Position numbers and translations under genes: made by a program
Part shown: one piece after another, positions 13,863-28,000 of the stretch
How the letters are laid out: each line of letters begins with the position of its first letter
Numbering within the stretch: position 1 is the first letter of the stretch
Assembly: GCA_965153455.1 (NCBI GenBank)
Contig: OZ234493.1
Coordinates: forward strand, 26,588,213-26,652,212
Reading direction: 5' to 3'
DNA: 64,000 nt
DNA from: Sphagnum compactum
Taxonomy: Eukaryota
The notes under the pieces: model-generated
Told to the model about the DNA's origin: nothing
The model's database searches: none
The model's input: only the letters and a program-made list of their open reading frames with translations

Positions 13863-15809
13863 ATATATACACACTCTATATGTTACTTATTAGTTGCATA
13901 ATAGTTGCATTATATATATATATAGTTTTTTATTTGAGTTCATTAGAAGAAAATATGGTTTTCAAAACTAAAATATGCAATTGATTTTCATATAAATGTG
14001 ACACATGTAAACTCACTATATGTCAATATTAATCCCCTTTTTATATACTCCTACAATTCATTGTGGAGTTCATTGAGTCAAAACACATTGTGTGCAAAGA
14101 AATATTTTATTATTTCACATATCACCATGACTAGCAAAAGTAGCATAAATCGGTTGGGAAGTTCATACTAAATTTATGTAAAAATTTTTGTGGCCCCATA
14201 AATTTGAGAACAAATTATTTTAGGAAGATAGAAAGGGTTAGTTTCCATAGCCTTGGATACATGTTAGAACCTATATATGAAAACAAAAGCCTGGAATTTG
14301 TTCTACAAATATGGAAATTTAAGCCCATTTTGCCATGGAATTAATTTTGTATAGGTCAGGCATGTATTTTCTAGGTTGGAAAAATCTTCCAAAAGTTTCC
14401 CACCACAACACCAGTTGCACTTAAGTATTCACGACATCTTTAATACAATTATCCTAGTCACCAATGCAACTGTAGGTATATGCGATGTTGTATATTTTGT
14501 AGTATAGTAGAGGTAGTAACTATCCATTTGTATGGATGAAGTTGGCAGCATTTGCAACATAGTTGCACAGGCAACCAATTTCTATTGAAATTTTAATTGT
14601 AGTTGCACAAACAACCATTCCAAGTTGCATGCGACAAATAGTTGCATCTAGTTGCAAACATAGAAGTTGCAAATGACAAGACTTCCTCTAATGGTTATAA
14701 TTATAGAAGACTCTTATTTAAATTTAAGATATGAACATTAAATTGTTTTTCATATTGCAATAAGGTTATTCTTACATTAATGTGCAAACATCATTTCACA
14801 TTCGGCATCTATCAAAATATAGCCCAACTTTTGAATAGAAACAAGGTGAACCGATCGGATATTTGCTAGCAATAGTTTTAACAAGTTTAAGTTTAAATTA
14901 AATATGTAGACAAAGTGCATACCATTCAAAGGGACCATGGATATCCAAAAAATGTTCATATGAGCTATATTTTCCAACATTGAATTTTAATACCTACAAT
15001 TGTATTATTGGGACAAGATGTTTGTCATTGTTTATGCAATGGACTTATGTAATGTGTTTCATTATACAAAATTATCATTGCCAATTTTAGTAGGCACAAA
15101 ATAATATTATCCATAAATGGACATTAGTTGTAAAATAATTCCATCAACCAATTGATAAATTCTAATTTAAAACTACACTAATTGAATTCTAGTTGTAACA
15201 TAATATCATTGCAAGATAGTATAATTCAAAATCGCTTAGTTGCAATGGATGTGAACAAATTTCATTAATTGATGGATGATTGAAATATTGTGCAATATTA
15301 CATTTTTTCATGGCATTTGTGTGAGAATCTAACATGGATAACTGGTGGTAAAATAGTTGTTAACAAGTTGCAAAAGACACAAAAAAACTTCATCCATCAA
15401 TGAATGAATGAAAAACCACGTTGGCATTCCATTTGTTTGTGGGCATTTGTATGAGAAGTCGATAACCAATTACATGTAGATGCATTTGAGTTACATTTAT
15501 ATTTAATAATATATGTAACTATATACAATCTTAAGGTGTTTTTATCACCCTATTATTATCTAATCTTCTAATATATACATATTAAAGCCACCCTATATAA
15601 ATTATAATCCATTATTTCATATTATTACATACGGATTATATTATAATTAAATTGATTGTTTGAATAAAATGTACCCTATTTTTTAACTAATTAACTTATG
15701 ATTTTTACCCAACAACCAATATATTGCACCCTATATTTTCACTCACATATTTTTTAACTTTTTTATTTATTTACTAATGTCCCCCTTGGGAATTAAATGG
15801 GTATGTAAA

Positions 15810-16255
15810 CATATAGGTAGGTAGATAGGCCTAGGCTACCTACCTATTTTCCTATTATTACCCAAATTTTTATAAAAGGTGACATAACCTAACATGTGAC
15901 AAAACCTAACAGGCATGATGAAATATAACAACTGACAAGTCAACATGTGGTTAGTTGACAAGTTGTTGACAAAACAAGTAATCTACCTAGGTAATGTAGT
16001 TTACCTACCTACTTACTTACCTAGGTAAGTAGCCTAGGTTTACCTACCTACATATTTAGTTATTACCTAAGTTAGGTAGGTAGCATAATTTTACATACCT
16101 ACTTATGTAGTTACTACCGAGGTTAAGTAGGTAGCCTAGGTCTACCTACTTAAATATTTAGTTATTACTTAGGTTAAGTAGGTAGCCTATGTCTACCTAC
16201 CTAGGTTAAGTAGGCAAGTATGTAGGTAGCCTAGGCCTATCTACCCACCTAGGCC
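15810..16255. repeat. TAGGTAG/CTACCTA-based minisatellite
   Basis: Repeated units such as TAAGTAGGTAGCCTAGGTCTACCTAC. Confidence 0.8.
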
Positions 16256-16514
16256 CAAGTCTTCCAACACTACTAGAATTCCTATTTTTTTTATTAGAAA
16301 TTTTGGTAAAAAAAGACCCATTTTGGACAAGCATAAAAAAAACCTCCCAATCATTTTGAACAAGTAGTTTTGAACTTGTCCATTGTGATTGGGCCATGTA
16401 CTTTTTGACCAAGCTTGAGTTGGCATTTTTTACTAGTCATTTCGACTAGTACTTTTGACTAATCAATATAACAATCAAATGATTTTTGAACTTGTCAAAC
16501 ACCATTTTGACTAA

Positions 16515-16670
16515 GCAAATGTCATGTGGCATTTAAACAATGGCCACCCAAGTTAAGCCACATGGCATCTAAGTATTGGCCACCTAGGCTATGCCACATG
16601 GCATTTAAACATTGGCCAACTAAACTATGCCACGTTGCATTTAAACATTGGCCACTAGACTATGCCACAC
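16515..16670. repeat. ~36-bp tandem repeat, about 4 copies
   Basis: GGCCACCTAGGCTATGCCACATGGCATTTAAACATT-like units. Confidence 0.85.
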
Positions 16671-17659
16671 GGATAGAACCTAAATAACCTAGGTTAGACT
16701 AAAATTAGATACCTACTCCTAAGGTCCCTATGTTTAAAAACCTACAACCTAAACTCTTAGGCCTAGGTTTAAAAGCTATAACTATCAACTAGGTATCGAA
16801 GCCTAAAGTAGGATAGGGCAACTTAAGCTATGACCTTTACTAGGCTTAAATGTACACCACCTAAATTAAGCCTACACCTATATGACTTAGGTAGGAAAAT
16901 CCTATTTCCTTTTAAATTTGGCCTTTAAGGTTGAACCTTTTCAATTGGTTCATCCCAAGTGGCCTTCCTTTTTTAAATATTTCTTATGTCTTGAATGCTT
17001 ATGGTGCAGCTATTTATATTGCTCATCATTTGGAAAATGATGACAAAGAATATGGGACAAACTTTTGGGAGGGAGAAACATTTTCATGTCCACATAACAC
17101 TAGAACCTTTTAGTTGACAGAACATTATTTCTAAATAACTATGTAAAATACATAAATTAAGTAAATAAATAAATAAAGAGGTAAGTAAATATGTATGTTA
17201 ATTAAGTTAAATAAAAATTAGTAATAGTTAATTTCTAGTTATTTAGTTATAATTAATAATTGTAGCCATATTACAAATCCTTGAATTATATAAAATATCA
17301 AAATAGTTATAATGTACTATATTGTTGATTGATAATTACAAGCAAATTATAACTAATTTTTTTTTGACCTAATTCATTATATATTATTAACAATGTATTT
17401 GTAATAATTAATAATTAATAATTTAATTACACATTCATTAGTGTATTTTAGGTAAATAACTAGTTAGCCAACTAATAATTTATCATAGGTGTATAAATGA
17501 CCTACCCTAGCGTATATAATTAGGTTGCCTATAGGCTTTTATATAGGTAAATATGTGGAGTATAGGTAGGGTATGTATAAATGAATACATTTACATATAA
17601 GTTAATTATATTTAGGTTATTGATCCACATACTTACATAACATAAGTTAAATAGGTGGC

Positions 17660-19620
17660 TAATTTAATCTAGGAAAAATTAACTATGGCAAAACTAATGA
17701 TTGGTAAAATAATGTTTAAATCAATCACAACTAAAGTAATTATGGAAAAATTAATGATTATTAAACTAGGAATGGCTAAACCAACCAAAAATTAAAAATA
17801 TTTATGCAAAAATAACCATGACTAAACTAATTATTTTTTAATTAACCATATCAAAATAAATGTGGTGAAACTAACCATGAATAAAGTAAATAAAGCCAAG
17901 TTAACCAATGAATAAATATGGTTAAACTAACCATAAGTAAAGTAAATGTGGTCAAACTAACCAATGAATAAATATTTTATGACTAAACTATAAATGATTG
18001 AATTAACCATGCATAAAATAAATATGACCAAACTAACTAAAGAATAAATAATTTATGGTTAAACCAACCATGGTTAACTAACCATGAACAAAATTAATAC
18101 GGTTAAACAAACCAATGAATAAATATTTTATGGCTAAAACAACTATGCATAAATTAATTATGGCTAAAATAAAGATGAATGAAATAATTATGGCTAAAAT
18201 CAAAATGATTTAACTATTTATGGCAAATTAACCATGGCTAAACTAAAAATGGTTAAACTAACCATGAGTAAATAAATTTGGCTAAACTAATTACTAATAA
18301 AGTTAATATGGTTAAACTAGCTAATGAATATATATTTTATGGCAAAAGCAATTATGCAAAAATGAATTCTGGTTAAAATAAACATTAATGAACTAATTAT
18401 GACAAAATTAACCATGGTTAAATTAGAAATGATTAAACTAACGATGAGTAAAAAAATTTGGCTACTAGTTAAATTGGTTAAATTAATTAGTAAATAAATA
18501 TTTTATGGCAAAACCAACTATGCAAAAATTAATTATGGCTGAAATAAATATGAATGAAATAATTATGGATAAAATCAAAATGGTGAAATTATTATTATTT
18601 ATGGCAAAATTAAACATGGTTAAACTAATCATGAGTAAATAAATTTGGCTAAACTAATTATTAATATGGCTAAACTGACTAAAGAATAAATATTTTCTGG
18701 CAAAACCAATTATGTAAAAGTTAATTATGACTAAAATAAACATGAATGAAATAATCATGGCTAAAATAAAAATGACTAAAATAATTATGGCAAAATTAAA
18801 TATGCTTAAACTAGAAATGGTTAAACTAACCATGAACAAATAAATTTGGCTAGACTAATGATTAATAAAGTTAATATGGCTAAAATAACTAATGAAGAAA
18901 TATTTTATGGCAAAACTAATTATGCAAAAATTAATTTTTATTAAAATAAACATGAATGAAATAATTATGGCTAAAAATAATTTTTTAAAAATAATTATGG
19001 CAAAACCAACCATGGTTAAACTATTAACCATGAATAAAATGAATTTGGCTAAAATAAACATGAATGAAATAATTATGGCTAAAATAAAAGTCTTAAAATA
19101 ATTATGGCAAAACCAACCATGTCTAGATTAACAACAGTTTTAAATTAATTTTGGGTCTATTGATTATGGTTAAATTTATTAGGGTAAAATAATAATATTT
19201 TAAAAATAAATATAGTTGATTTAGTTATCCCTATAGTAACCATGGTTAAATTCAATATTGCAAAACCAACAATGGCCCAACTAGTAATGGTTGAATTAAT
19301 TATGTTAAACTAATTTGGTTAAACTTACTAAGGCTAAACCAACTATTGTTAAATTGACCATGGTTAAACTATTTGTAATTCTTAAATTACTTATGGCTAA
19401 ACTAGCCATAATTAAACTAAATGAATCATAGTTAAAGTAAATATGGCTAAACTAACCATGGTTAAAACATATACAACTAAACCAACTATGGTTAATTGAA
19501 ATGATTAAATTGACCATGGTTGGATTAATTATGGTTAGTTTTAATTTTAATTAATTTTTTCATAAGTAATTGAACCATAATTAATTTCAATATAGTCAAA
19601 TTAACCATAGTTAAATAAAT
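17660..19620. repeat. ~15-bp minisatellite array (AAACTAACCATGGTT-like) with higher-order structure
   Basis: About 2 kb of ATGG(C/T)TAAA / AACCATG units. Blocks such as ATGAATGAAATAATTATGGCTAAAAT recur roughly every 200 bp. Confidence 0.9.
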
Positions 19621-22600
19621 CATATATAATTATTTTAATCAAAATTAATTTGGTCTTCATTCATTTAATTATGATTAGCTAACTTTTACATTTTCCAACT
19701 TTTTCTAATTGATCAAACATAGTCAAAATGTTAAATGTAGTCCCAAGATACCTAACTAATATTAGAATTTATAGGTTAAATTAACATGAAAGGGTGGACC
19801 AAGTCATGTAGGTTAAGTTATGTTACCACCTAGCTACTTGTTTTTTTATAACTTGCTTAAACCTATTTACTATCTACCTACTTAAATGTTTTTTTGGTAA
19901 TAATATAAAAAATGATTTAAATTTAAGTAATAATTCTACTTGTTAAATGGTCCACTGTCTATTAGTCAAAATGACCAGTCAAATGTTTCTTATTCTATTC
20001 ATTAAAAAGCCATCCCATTCATAATGACAAGCCCAAATTGATTTGTCTAGATTGATAGGGTGGTCTTTTCAATGCTTGTCATTTTGGATATGTTTTAATT
20101 AGATTTTCCAATTAAAAAATACTTGTTTTTGTAGTAGTGTTAGTTGATAACAGGATTGGCCTTTGTAAATAGATGCAATGTCATTGTCCTTTGCAACTAG
20201 GTGGGTGAAATGACATGGATTTAACAACTCATAAGTCTAAAGTTGCATATGTGATTTGCAACTAATATTTAGTTGATGCAAAACCCAAAATGTGTTGTAA
20301 ATAAATAATTCAACACTAACTTTACATGCCTAATCATTTATCATGGAAAGATATACTTGAGTTTTATGTGTAAGCAATTGCATACTTTTTAATTACCATA
20401 GCATGTGATTAACATGTTGCCATTAATTAAACTATTTTTTAATTTTCCAAATTAAAAAAAAGTATTACCTCATTATATGAAAATTTCAAAAACCTAGTCA
20501 AAACAAAAAAATTGTCACTTTTTCACATTAAATTGAACCCTAGTCTTTACATTTAAATGTTTAATAGTCTAACCATTTAGACACATTATGCATCTCCAAG
20601 TACATGACATGAAGGAATCTTTTGATTAAAATATTTCTTACATGTCAAAAACTCCAAAACTAAAAATCCACTTGCTAAAATAAAACATTAAAATATATGA
20701 ATTATTTAGCATGAAACTACCAAATATGATAGGGGGCCATGATACCCCTGGAAAATCACCAACATGGGAAATAAAATAAAGATGTGTTTAAAAAAGGAAG
20801 GTTCTAAAGTTTCAACACATCAAAAGATGAAGTTTGACACCTTGACAAAAGGGAGATTATGCTTCAAAGTAGGTTATAATTGTAAAAATGATTTTTATTT
20901 ATGTTAGCAATATTTGTGTGCCATAAATTGAACTTAACATAACAAACTATGATGCCATGCCCTTACCTTGGGCTAATAACCAAGGTTGTTTGACAAGACA
21001 AAGAAAATCAGTGAAAGGAAGTTGAAGGCCCATTAGCCGAAGCAAATGAGACAATGATCTCAAAACAATGGGAAGTATGAAGTCAAAAGCACTTGTAAGA
21101 TGCTTTTCAAACATGTATCCCATTTTGGAAATTTAAAATTTTGTTTAAATTACATTAAACATTTTCTTTATTTGTTTTGGCCCCTCAAGGTCTAAATTTT
21201 CAAATGTTCAACGTGATGTTTGAAAGGCTGAAATTGTCAAAGTTGAATGATCTTAATGTCATTGAAAACATTTCAATGAAATGTACAACATATTGGGTAG
21301 ACATGCTTGAAACAAAGTTTTTCTCCTGGACAATTACAAACATTGAAAAGGCAATTAAACATTTGTTGTTGAAAAAATCTTGACCATTCATAACACAATT
21401 TGGAGAAACAAATCATGTCTGAATCAAGTGTGACCCAAAATGATGTTTCATACAAAATTGAACTGGACGTTCCACATAAACCAAGGATGGGCATTTATAA
21501 AACCTTAGTCATGCATTGCAATTTGGGGTGGTTTTAGGAGGTCAAAAGGTCCAAGGAATATAGAGGGTGTTGATTCTTAGCTAGATCCTAAAATTTTAGT
21601 TGATTGATTAATTAGGTTAAAATAGACAATGAAAATTTGAGTTTTCCATCATATGGTGCAATTGGTTTGTATTTGGAACAACATTGTTTAATATTGAAAT
21701 TTTCATTGCATGAAGGAATAATGTTGGTAGAATTGTTCTAAATTTCCCTAGGTTGTTCCCATAATTAAAATTTGTTTGAAGAGTTTTAAAGTTCTTTGTT
21801 TTTTGGTCACACAAGATCTTAAAATGGTGTTGGAAAATGATTGACAATGTTATATGTAAAATGGTCTTGCATATCCTAATTTGTTATGTTTCCTTAAAGT
21901 TAAAAGGCTCCAAAATTTTAACACCAAAATGTTTCAATTTCAAGAAGTAATAGATATTGGGAATTCATAATTTCAATGAGGTTTAGTTCATGGAGAGTTA
22001 CAAAGTATATTATGCATGGAATGATTCATTTCATAAATGCCAATGTCACTTATGAGTTTATGATGAATATTCATGGATTTAGTTTTAGTTTAAACTGCAT
22101 TAAATATTCACTTTATTTGTTTTGTGTAGTTAATTTGATTAAGGAACGGATGCAAACCTTATGTTGTTTTACCACCTAACACTTAATTTTGTCACTTGTA
22201 CTTAATTGGGAAAAGTTTTAAAACATGTCATTTCATAAAATCCAAAAAAATCCAAATCAACACTTAACAATGACACCACTACTAAATTGCATACAAACAC
22301 ATCAATGTAAATATTGTTTCATTTATTACTTTGTTTAGGTAGGAATGAAATACAAGACAAATTAAATACACATTTCAATATGTGGAAGACCATGTTTTTA
22401 CATGTTGAAATCATTTGATTGCAAACTTGGATTGTGGATTCTACATATATGTTGAAAAACTTAAGAATAAATATATCAAGCGTAAAATGGTAGATGTGGA
22501 TGTAATTCTTCCAAAACCACTCCACATTTATTGTAACAACATTTGCATTACAAATATACATTCATTCACAACTTTGCACTAATTCTAAACACACATTTAT

Positions 22601-22663
22601 TTGCAATCCATCAATACACTAAATTCATAATTTTTTTAATAACCACAATCTGTAATCAAAAAT

Positions 22664-23130
22664 ATGATGTCAGAACTACAAAACAAAATTACAATTCATA
22701 TTCATGAGATTTAAGACCATAAATGATTCACACATCAAAATGAATATGGAAATTAATGGAGAAGTCTGTACTTTCCATGTTTACTGAAAACTTCAACAAA
22801 ATTACTGCAAAATCCATGTTCTACGGAAATGCAATCAAATAGCAAATCAAATCTATAGTAATCAACACCAGAATCTGTAGTTTCTCTACAAAATACTTAC
22901 ATTTATACTCATACTCCGAAACATGTGTATCTACGAATGTCCTCAACTTCCCCAAAACTCCCACTCTTGGGCAATCCCCAAGTCACCATCAACATGAATA
23001 AGGAAACAAAACTCAACAAAAATTGAAATTTCAAACCCCCAATTATCCAATGGCCTATTCCTATCTGTTATGCCTTGTAAGCCCTAAAAACTATGTAATT
23101 TGCCTATTTCTTTAACATTACCCCCCTTTT
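22664..23130 (-). repeat. Polypurine tract and putative 3' LTR of the Gypsy element
   Basis: The minus strand reads CAAGGACGGGATCCAAAGTAAAAGGGGGG-TAA-TGTTAAAG: a PPT (23121-23130) followed by a TG LTR start at 23117. The end near 22664 (..ACATCA) is a guess. Confidence 0.6.
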
Positions 23131-23391
23131 ACTTTGGATCCCGTCCTTGAAATCCATGTGGAATAGTAGAAAAATGAAATGTAGTCACTATATCACATCT
23201 TATGCTTTTAGTTATTTAGCTACAGCTTATGTACTTTCATTTTGTACAACAACCTATGTTTTTGCACTTGCTTTTGATTCTATAATTCTGACCTCCTCTT
23301 CCATTGACTTATTATGAGGTTCCACTTTTGGTGGTTGCATTTGTGAATGTTTTGCCTCTTCTATTATAATGGTCTTCATTTGTTCTTATTC

Positions 23392-25051
23392 TTAGCCTTG
23401 ATTCATTTGTGGTTCTTTATCTACTTGACCTCCTCCTTTAGTTGTCAGTAGTTCTTTAACCTGCACCTCCTTTTGAGCCATTTCATTGGGCCTTGCTTCA
23501 TTCTCCTCATCTTGGCCCGATGCCTTCATGTTTGTTGCATGGCTTTCACATATAACATCTGGAAAGGTTTTATGATATACCTTCAACTTGTACTTGTACA
23601 TTCTCTCATCAGTTAAATGTTGGGCCAGATTTTTTCCAATTCCTTAGAAAAATATTCCTTTGCAAATTCCCACCATTCCTTAGACTCTGCATCAGAAACC
23701 CTCATTTTGTTCTTAGTTCTCATGAGAGTATAATACTGCAACATCTAGTCATAATTTTCTAATCTTTTCTTCACATAGACTGAATCTAGACTTTTCTTCT
23801 TGTCATTTGCACTCTCTAGTTGTGCTTGCACATGTTGCAGATTCCTCTGATGATCTTTATTTTTCTCCACCAGCTTTTCTATCTTTGCCTTTAGTGTTTT
23901 TTTTTCTAATTTCTTTAGAATTGAACAGAGAAACGCTCTTCAAGTTTATTGATTCTAGATCTGTCAATACATTTTCCTTGTCCTTCTTCTCTTTAGTTAA
24001 TGCCTCTACTTAACTACTCAAGGCCTCCTTTTGTTGTTTGTAATTAAACAATGTTTCAATCCATTTTCTTTTTATAGTTTCCCAGACTTCAGCCATCTTC
24101 TTCAACTCCTTCAATTCTTCAGTTTGGGATTTCATCAACCATGTTTTCTCCATGAGCTCTTCATCCTATTCTTTCATTTTTAGTATTAGCGTTTTGATTT
24201 TTTACTCATTCTTTGTCCTCTACTCCCTCCAAATTTTTATATTGTGCTTATATTCTTTTTGGAAGTCCCTCTCCTTCTTTAATTCCTCCTACAATGTTGG
24301 CTTCTCTTTATCCTTTGTGGCTAATCTGTTCTTCAGACTACTCACTTCTACATTCAAGTTCCCCATATTTAAACTCACAATAGCCATGGTTTGAAACAAT
24401 TCAACTGCTTTACCAGCTTGCATCACCTTTGTAGCTACCTCTTCCATAGATCTTGGTGTATTTGTTTGTGTTGTGGGATTTTTAGATCCCTCTCCAGAAG
24501 ATCCCAACTCCTATACTATTCAACTCCCTAGCCCAAATTCAAATGGCTATCCTTCTACAAATCCTAATCTACTAGCCGGTACCTATATCTTTGGTGGTCT
24601 AAATACTACTAAAGGAGGTTTTGTTTCCATCCTCTCCTTTTGTAGTTCACTAGCCTATAGACCTCCTTGTGTCTGTTGTTTTTGTTGTTGTTATTGCTAC
24701 TATTACAAATTTTATGGACTTCCACTCTGTCCATCCAGTCTTCATATACTCCTCAACCTTTGGAGACTTGGTATCACTCTCCATCTTGATCTTTTGCCTT
24801 TGTTTTCTCCTTTGTCTATCCTATGGAGATGACATTTGTGGTGTATCATAACTTTGCTTACTTGCATGTATTAATGTTGGCATTGCAAATGGTGCCATTC
24901 TCCCTCTCATCATTTTCTGAGGTGCCCTTGTCTCTATGCTCTCCTGCTCTTTTTTGACCAATGATTTTGAGGCTTTAGCTTCTTGAATTTTGTTCTTCCT
25001 CTTTAGAACATTTTTTGGAGATTCTAATGCAACTTTTCTTCTATTCTCCAA
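23392..25051 (-). pseudogene. Decayed extra coiled-coil ORF(s) in the Gypsy 3' region, between integrase and PPT
   Basis: E/K-rich heptad-like translation (MEEVATKVMQAGKAVELFQTMAIVSLNMGNLNVEVSSLKNRLATKDKEK...EELKKE...) broken by stops, in sense with pol. Confidence 0.6.
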
Positions 25052-28000
25052 TGCTACCTACATTTCCTCTAGTCTGGTTCTCTTGATCTTGGTCTGTGGA
25101 TTTTGTCGATTGTTCTTTTGTTGAAAAAAAAATACTTAAAAATCTTTATTAGGACCAAGGTTGATTGACATATGTCCTTCTTGTCCCCCTTATTCTCCTT
25201 GACATATTTGTACCATCGATCCAATTTATTGCACAAATTGTTGAACATAATTTGTGCCCAATCTACCTTCTTCCTTTTCTATGCTTTTAGAAGTGTGATG
25301 GCATTTTTATTGTTAAAGTAAGTCACCTTCTTTCTCTAATAGATCACATATATAATTGCAGGGTATTTCATCGAGTATGGCAAACCCAAACTCTTCACAT
25401 TCCACGATCTCCAGTAGAATTCATGGGTTCAACTTTACAATTCTGTAGGGCTTAGAATATTATTGTCTTATTAACTTGCCCTTTCAAGTTTTCTACATAC
25501 CCCTCTGCACAAACTCTAAAGACATCTGCAATCAACTGCTTACTAATCACATAGACCTTGTATTTATAGCCAAAAATAGATATATGTGTTCTTGATTATA
25601 AAGGTGCTCAAAAATTCCAGCATTATATCTGGAATCAGTGCTCCCCACTTCATAAAAAACAGAGTAATAAGCCCTACCTTATCAACCCATAATTTTAAAG
25701 TAATTATAGTAAAGTATTTTACTTATTATTTATTACTATTTATACAAAATTAATAAATAATATACAACATAAATTTTCAAATGAATTAATTATTTCTTTG
25801 ATTGCAACTGGCAATTAACACTATGTACTTTATGGGCATCAATGGATGTAATCCATACACTAATTGATATGGTGTGTACCTTGTTGTTACTTTCTATGTA
25901 ATTATATATGAAAATAACATTGTTGATAGACGCTCATCCTAATCTGTTTTATTCTCACTAACTAACTTGGTCAAGAAAGTCCCGAGTATTTTGTTAGTAG
26001 ATTCAACCTGCCCATTCCCTTGAGGACAATAGGTTGTAGAGCTCACATGTTTCAACAAAAAATGATCTATCAAATGCTTGATAACATCATTAATGAAATG
26101 AACCCTTAATCTATGACTATAGTTAAAGGACATCCAAACTTGGTTAATATGCACTCATATAGAAATTTCGTTGTTACTGTTGCAATATTGGTCCTTAATG
26201 CTCTTGCTTCCACCCACTTGGTAGCATAATTTATGGCTACAAGAATGTATTTATTTTTAATATATCTACCTACTAGTTTAATTGGCCCCACAAAATCAAG
26301 TCCCCATTTCATAAATGGTTTATTTGAAAGACTTGTGACTAGTTTTGCAAGACTTTGAGTCGTTAATCCTCCTGTTCGTTGGCATGCATCACAATATTTG
26401 CAGTAATCATTCACATCTCTGTACAAAATTGGCCACTAATATCTCGCATCCAATATCTTCCTCTACATGATTTCAGTTGCAAAATGACCCTCTTGATGGT
26501 CTTTCATGTAGTTCTATCATCACCATCTGTGCTCCTATAATTGTCAAACATTTTTGCATTTTGTTGTATTGGCCCATTCTGTATAATTCACCATTCTTCA
26601 ATGTGAAAGGTTCTGCTTTCTTGATCAGTCTCTATTTTTGTTGTACCAATAATGTTCACTTAATCTGCCCTCTTCTCAAAAAATCTTTTACATCATTTAG
26701 CCATTAAGGCTTCATGTAAAATAGACTTGCATTTGTGGTTTGATCAAGCACACTTGTAGGTTCTATCATGTCTGGTAGTCTTAACAATGCATCTGCAACT
26801 ACATGAGTTTTGTTTAGCTTATACACTATTAATGAAGTCGTATTCTAAAAACAATAACAACCACCTAGCTACTCTCCTTGAAACCTATGGTTTGTTGATA
26901 AGATATACTAATGCCATATGATCTACATATAATACAAATTTATTGCCCAGTAGATAATGTTTGAACTTGTGCAAAGCAAAAACCATTGCTAAAGCCTTTT
27001 TTCTGTTGTATATAATTTTGTTCTGCTCTATTCAGAAGTCTAGAAGCATACACCACCGGTTGATCACTCTTCCCTATCAAATTTTGAGACAACATAACTC
27101 TTATAGCTAGTAATGATGCATCTATATGAACATGAACCTCCACCTGTTAGTTTGGTGATATCAATATCGGTGCTTCAATATACTTTTGTTTGATCAACTC
27201 CCAAGCCTTTTGACACTCCTCTGTCCAAAGAATAGTCTTTGTTTTTCTGGTCAGTTTAGTTATAGGTGCCATAATAGCATCAATTTTTTTTATGAAACAT
27301 CTGTAAAACTATGCCACACCATTAAATACTGAATATGATGTGGATTCTTAGGTGGTAGCATGTTTACTATTGTTTATATATTTTTTGGATTTGGTAGTTT
27401 GCCTTCTTTGGAAATAATAAAACCTAAGATCATTCCTGAAAATACCATGAATGCACATTTGTTTGAATTCAAATTAATGCCATATTTTTTGCACTTTTGA
27501 AAACATAATATGAGCTTTTGTAGACGACAATCCGTGTCACTGTACACTATAAAGTCATCCATAAATGTTTTCATAAAATTGTCCAAATATTTTTTGAATG
27601 TTTTGGTAACAACTCTCTTATATGTTGGAGGTCCATTTTAAACTCCAAACAACATCAGCTTCCATATGAAAGCTCCCCAGTCTATTACAAATGTAGTATT
27701 GTATTTATTTTTTAAAACTATAGAAATTTGATGATACCTTGAATACCCATCTACGAAAGAATATGTTTCATACCCTACTATTGTGTTCAAAACTTCATCT
27801 ATAAAAGGTAATGGGTATGGATCCTTCTTTGTGGCTATTTAGTTTTTTGAAATCTATATAGATTCAAAGTTTTCCATTCTTCTTGGGTATTACTATTATG
27901 GGTGACAACCATGTAGCCTTTTCTACAGATTTGATATCTTGTTTAATTTATGTAGCATAGTTTGGATTCAATCTATATCTGGCTTGATGTGCCAGTGGTA

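Larger units (their letters stand above)
16268..20139. mobile_element. Non-autonomous CACTA-type element
   Basis: Starts CACTACTAGAA and ends TTTGTAGTAGTG. Subterminal inverted similarity extends ~90 bp (GACAAGCATAAAAAAACCTCCC versus the reverse complement GACAAGCATTGAAAAGACCACCC). The 3-bp flanks differ (CAA/TTA). Confidence 0.7.

Noticed and set aside
10590-14697. One large CACTA element
   Set aside because: CACTA at 10590 and GTTGCA repeats are suggestive, but the right end (CTAATG) and TSD do not match well enough.
18654-19101. ORFs rich in I/M/K/N, also at 32515-33110
   Set aside because: They are translations of minisatellite arrays.
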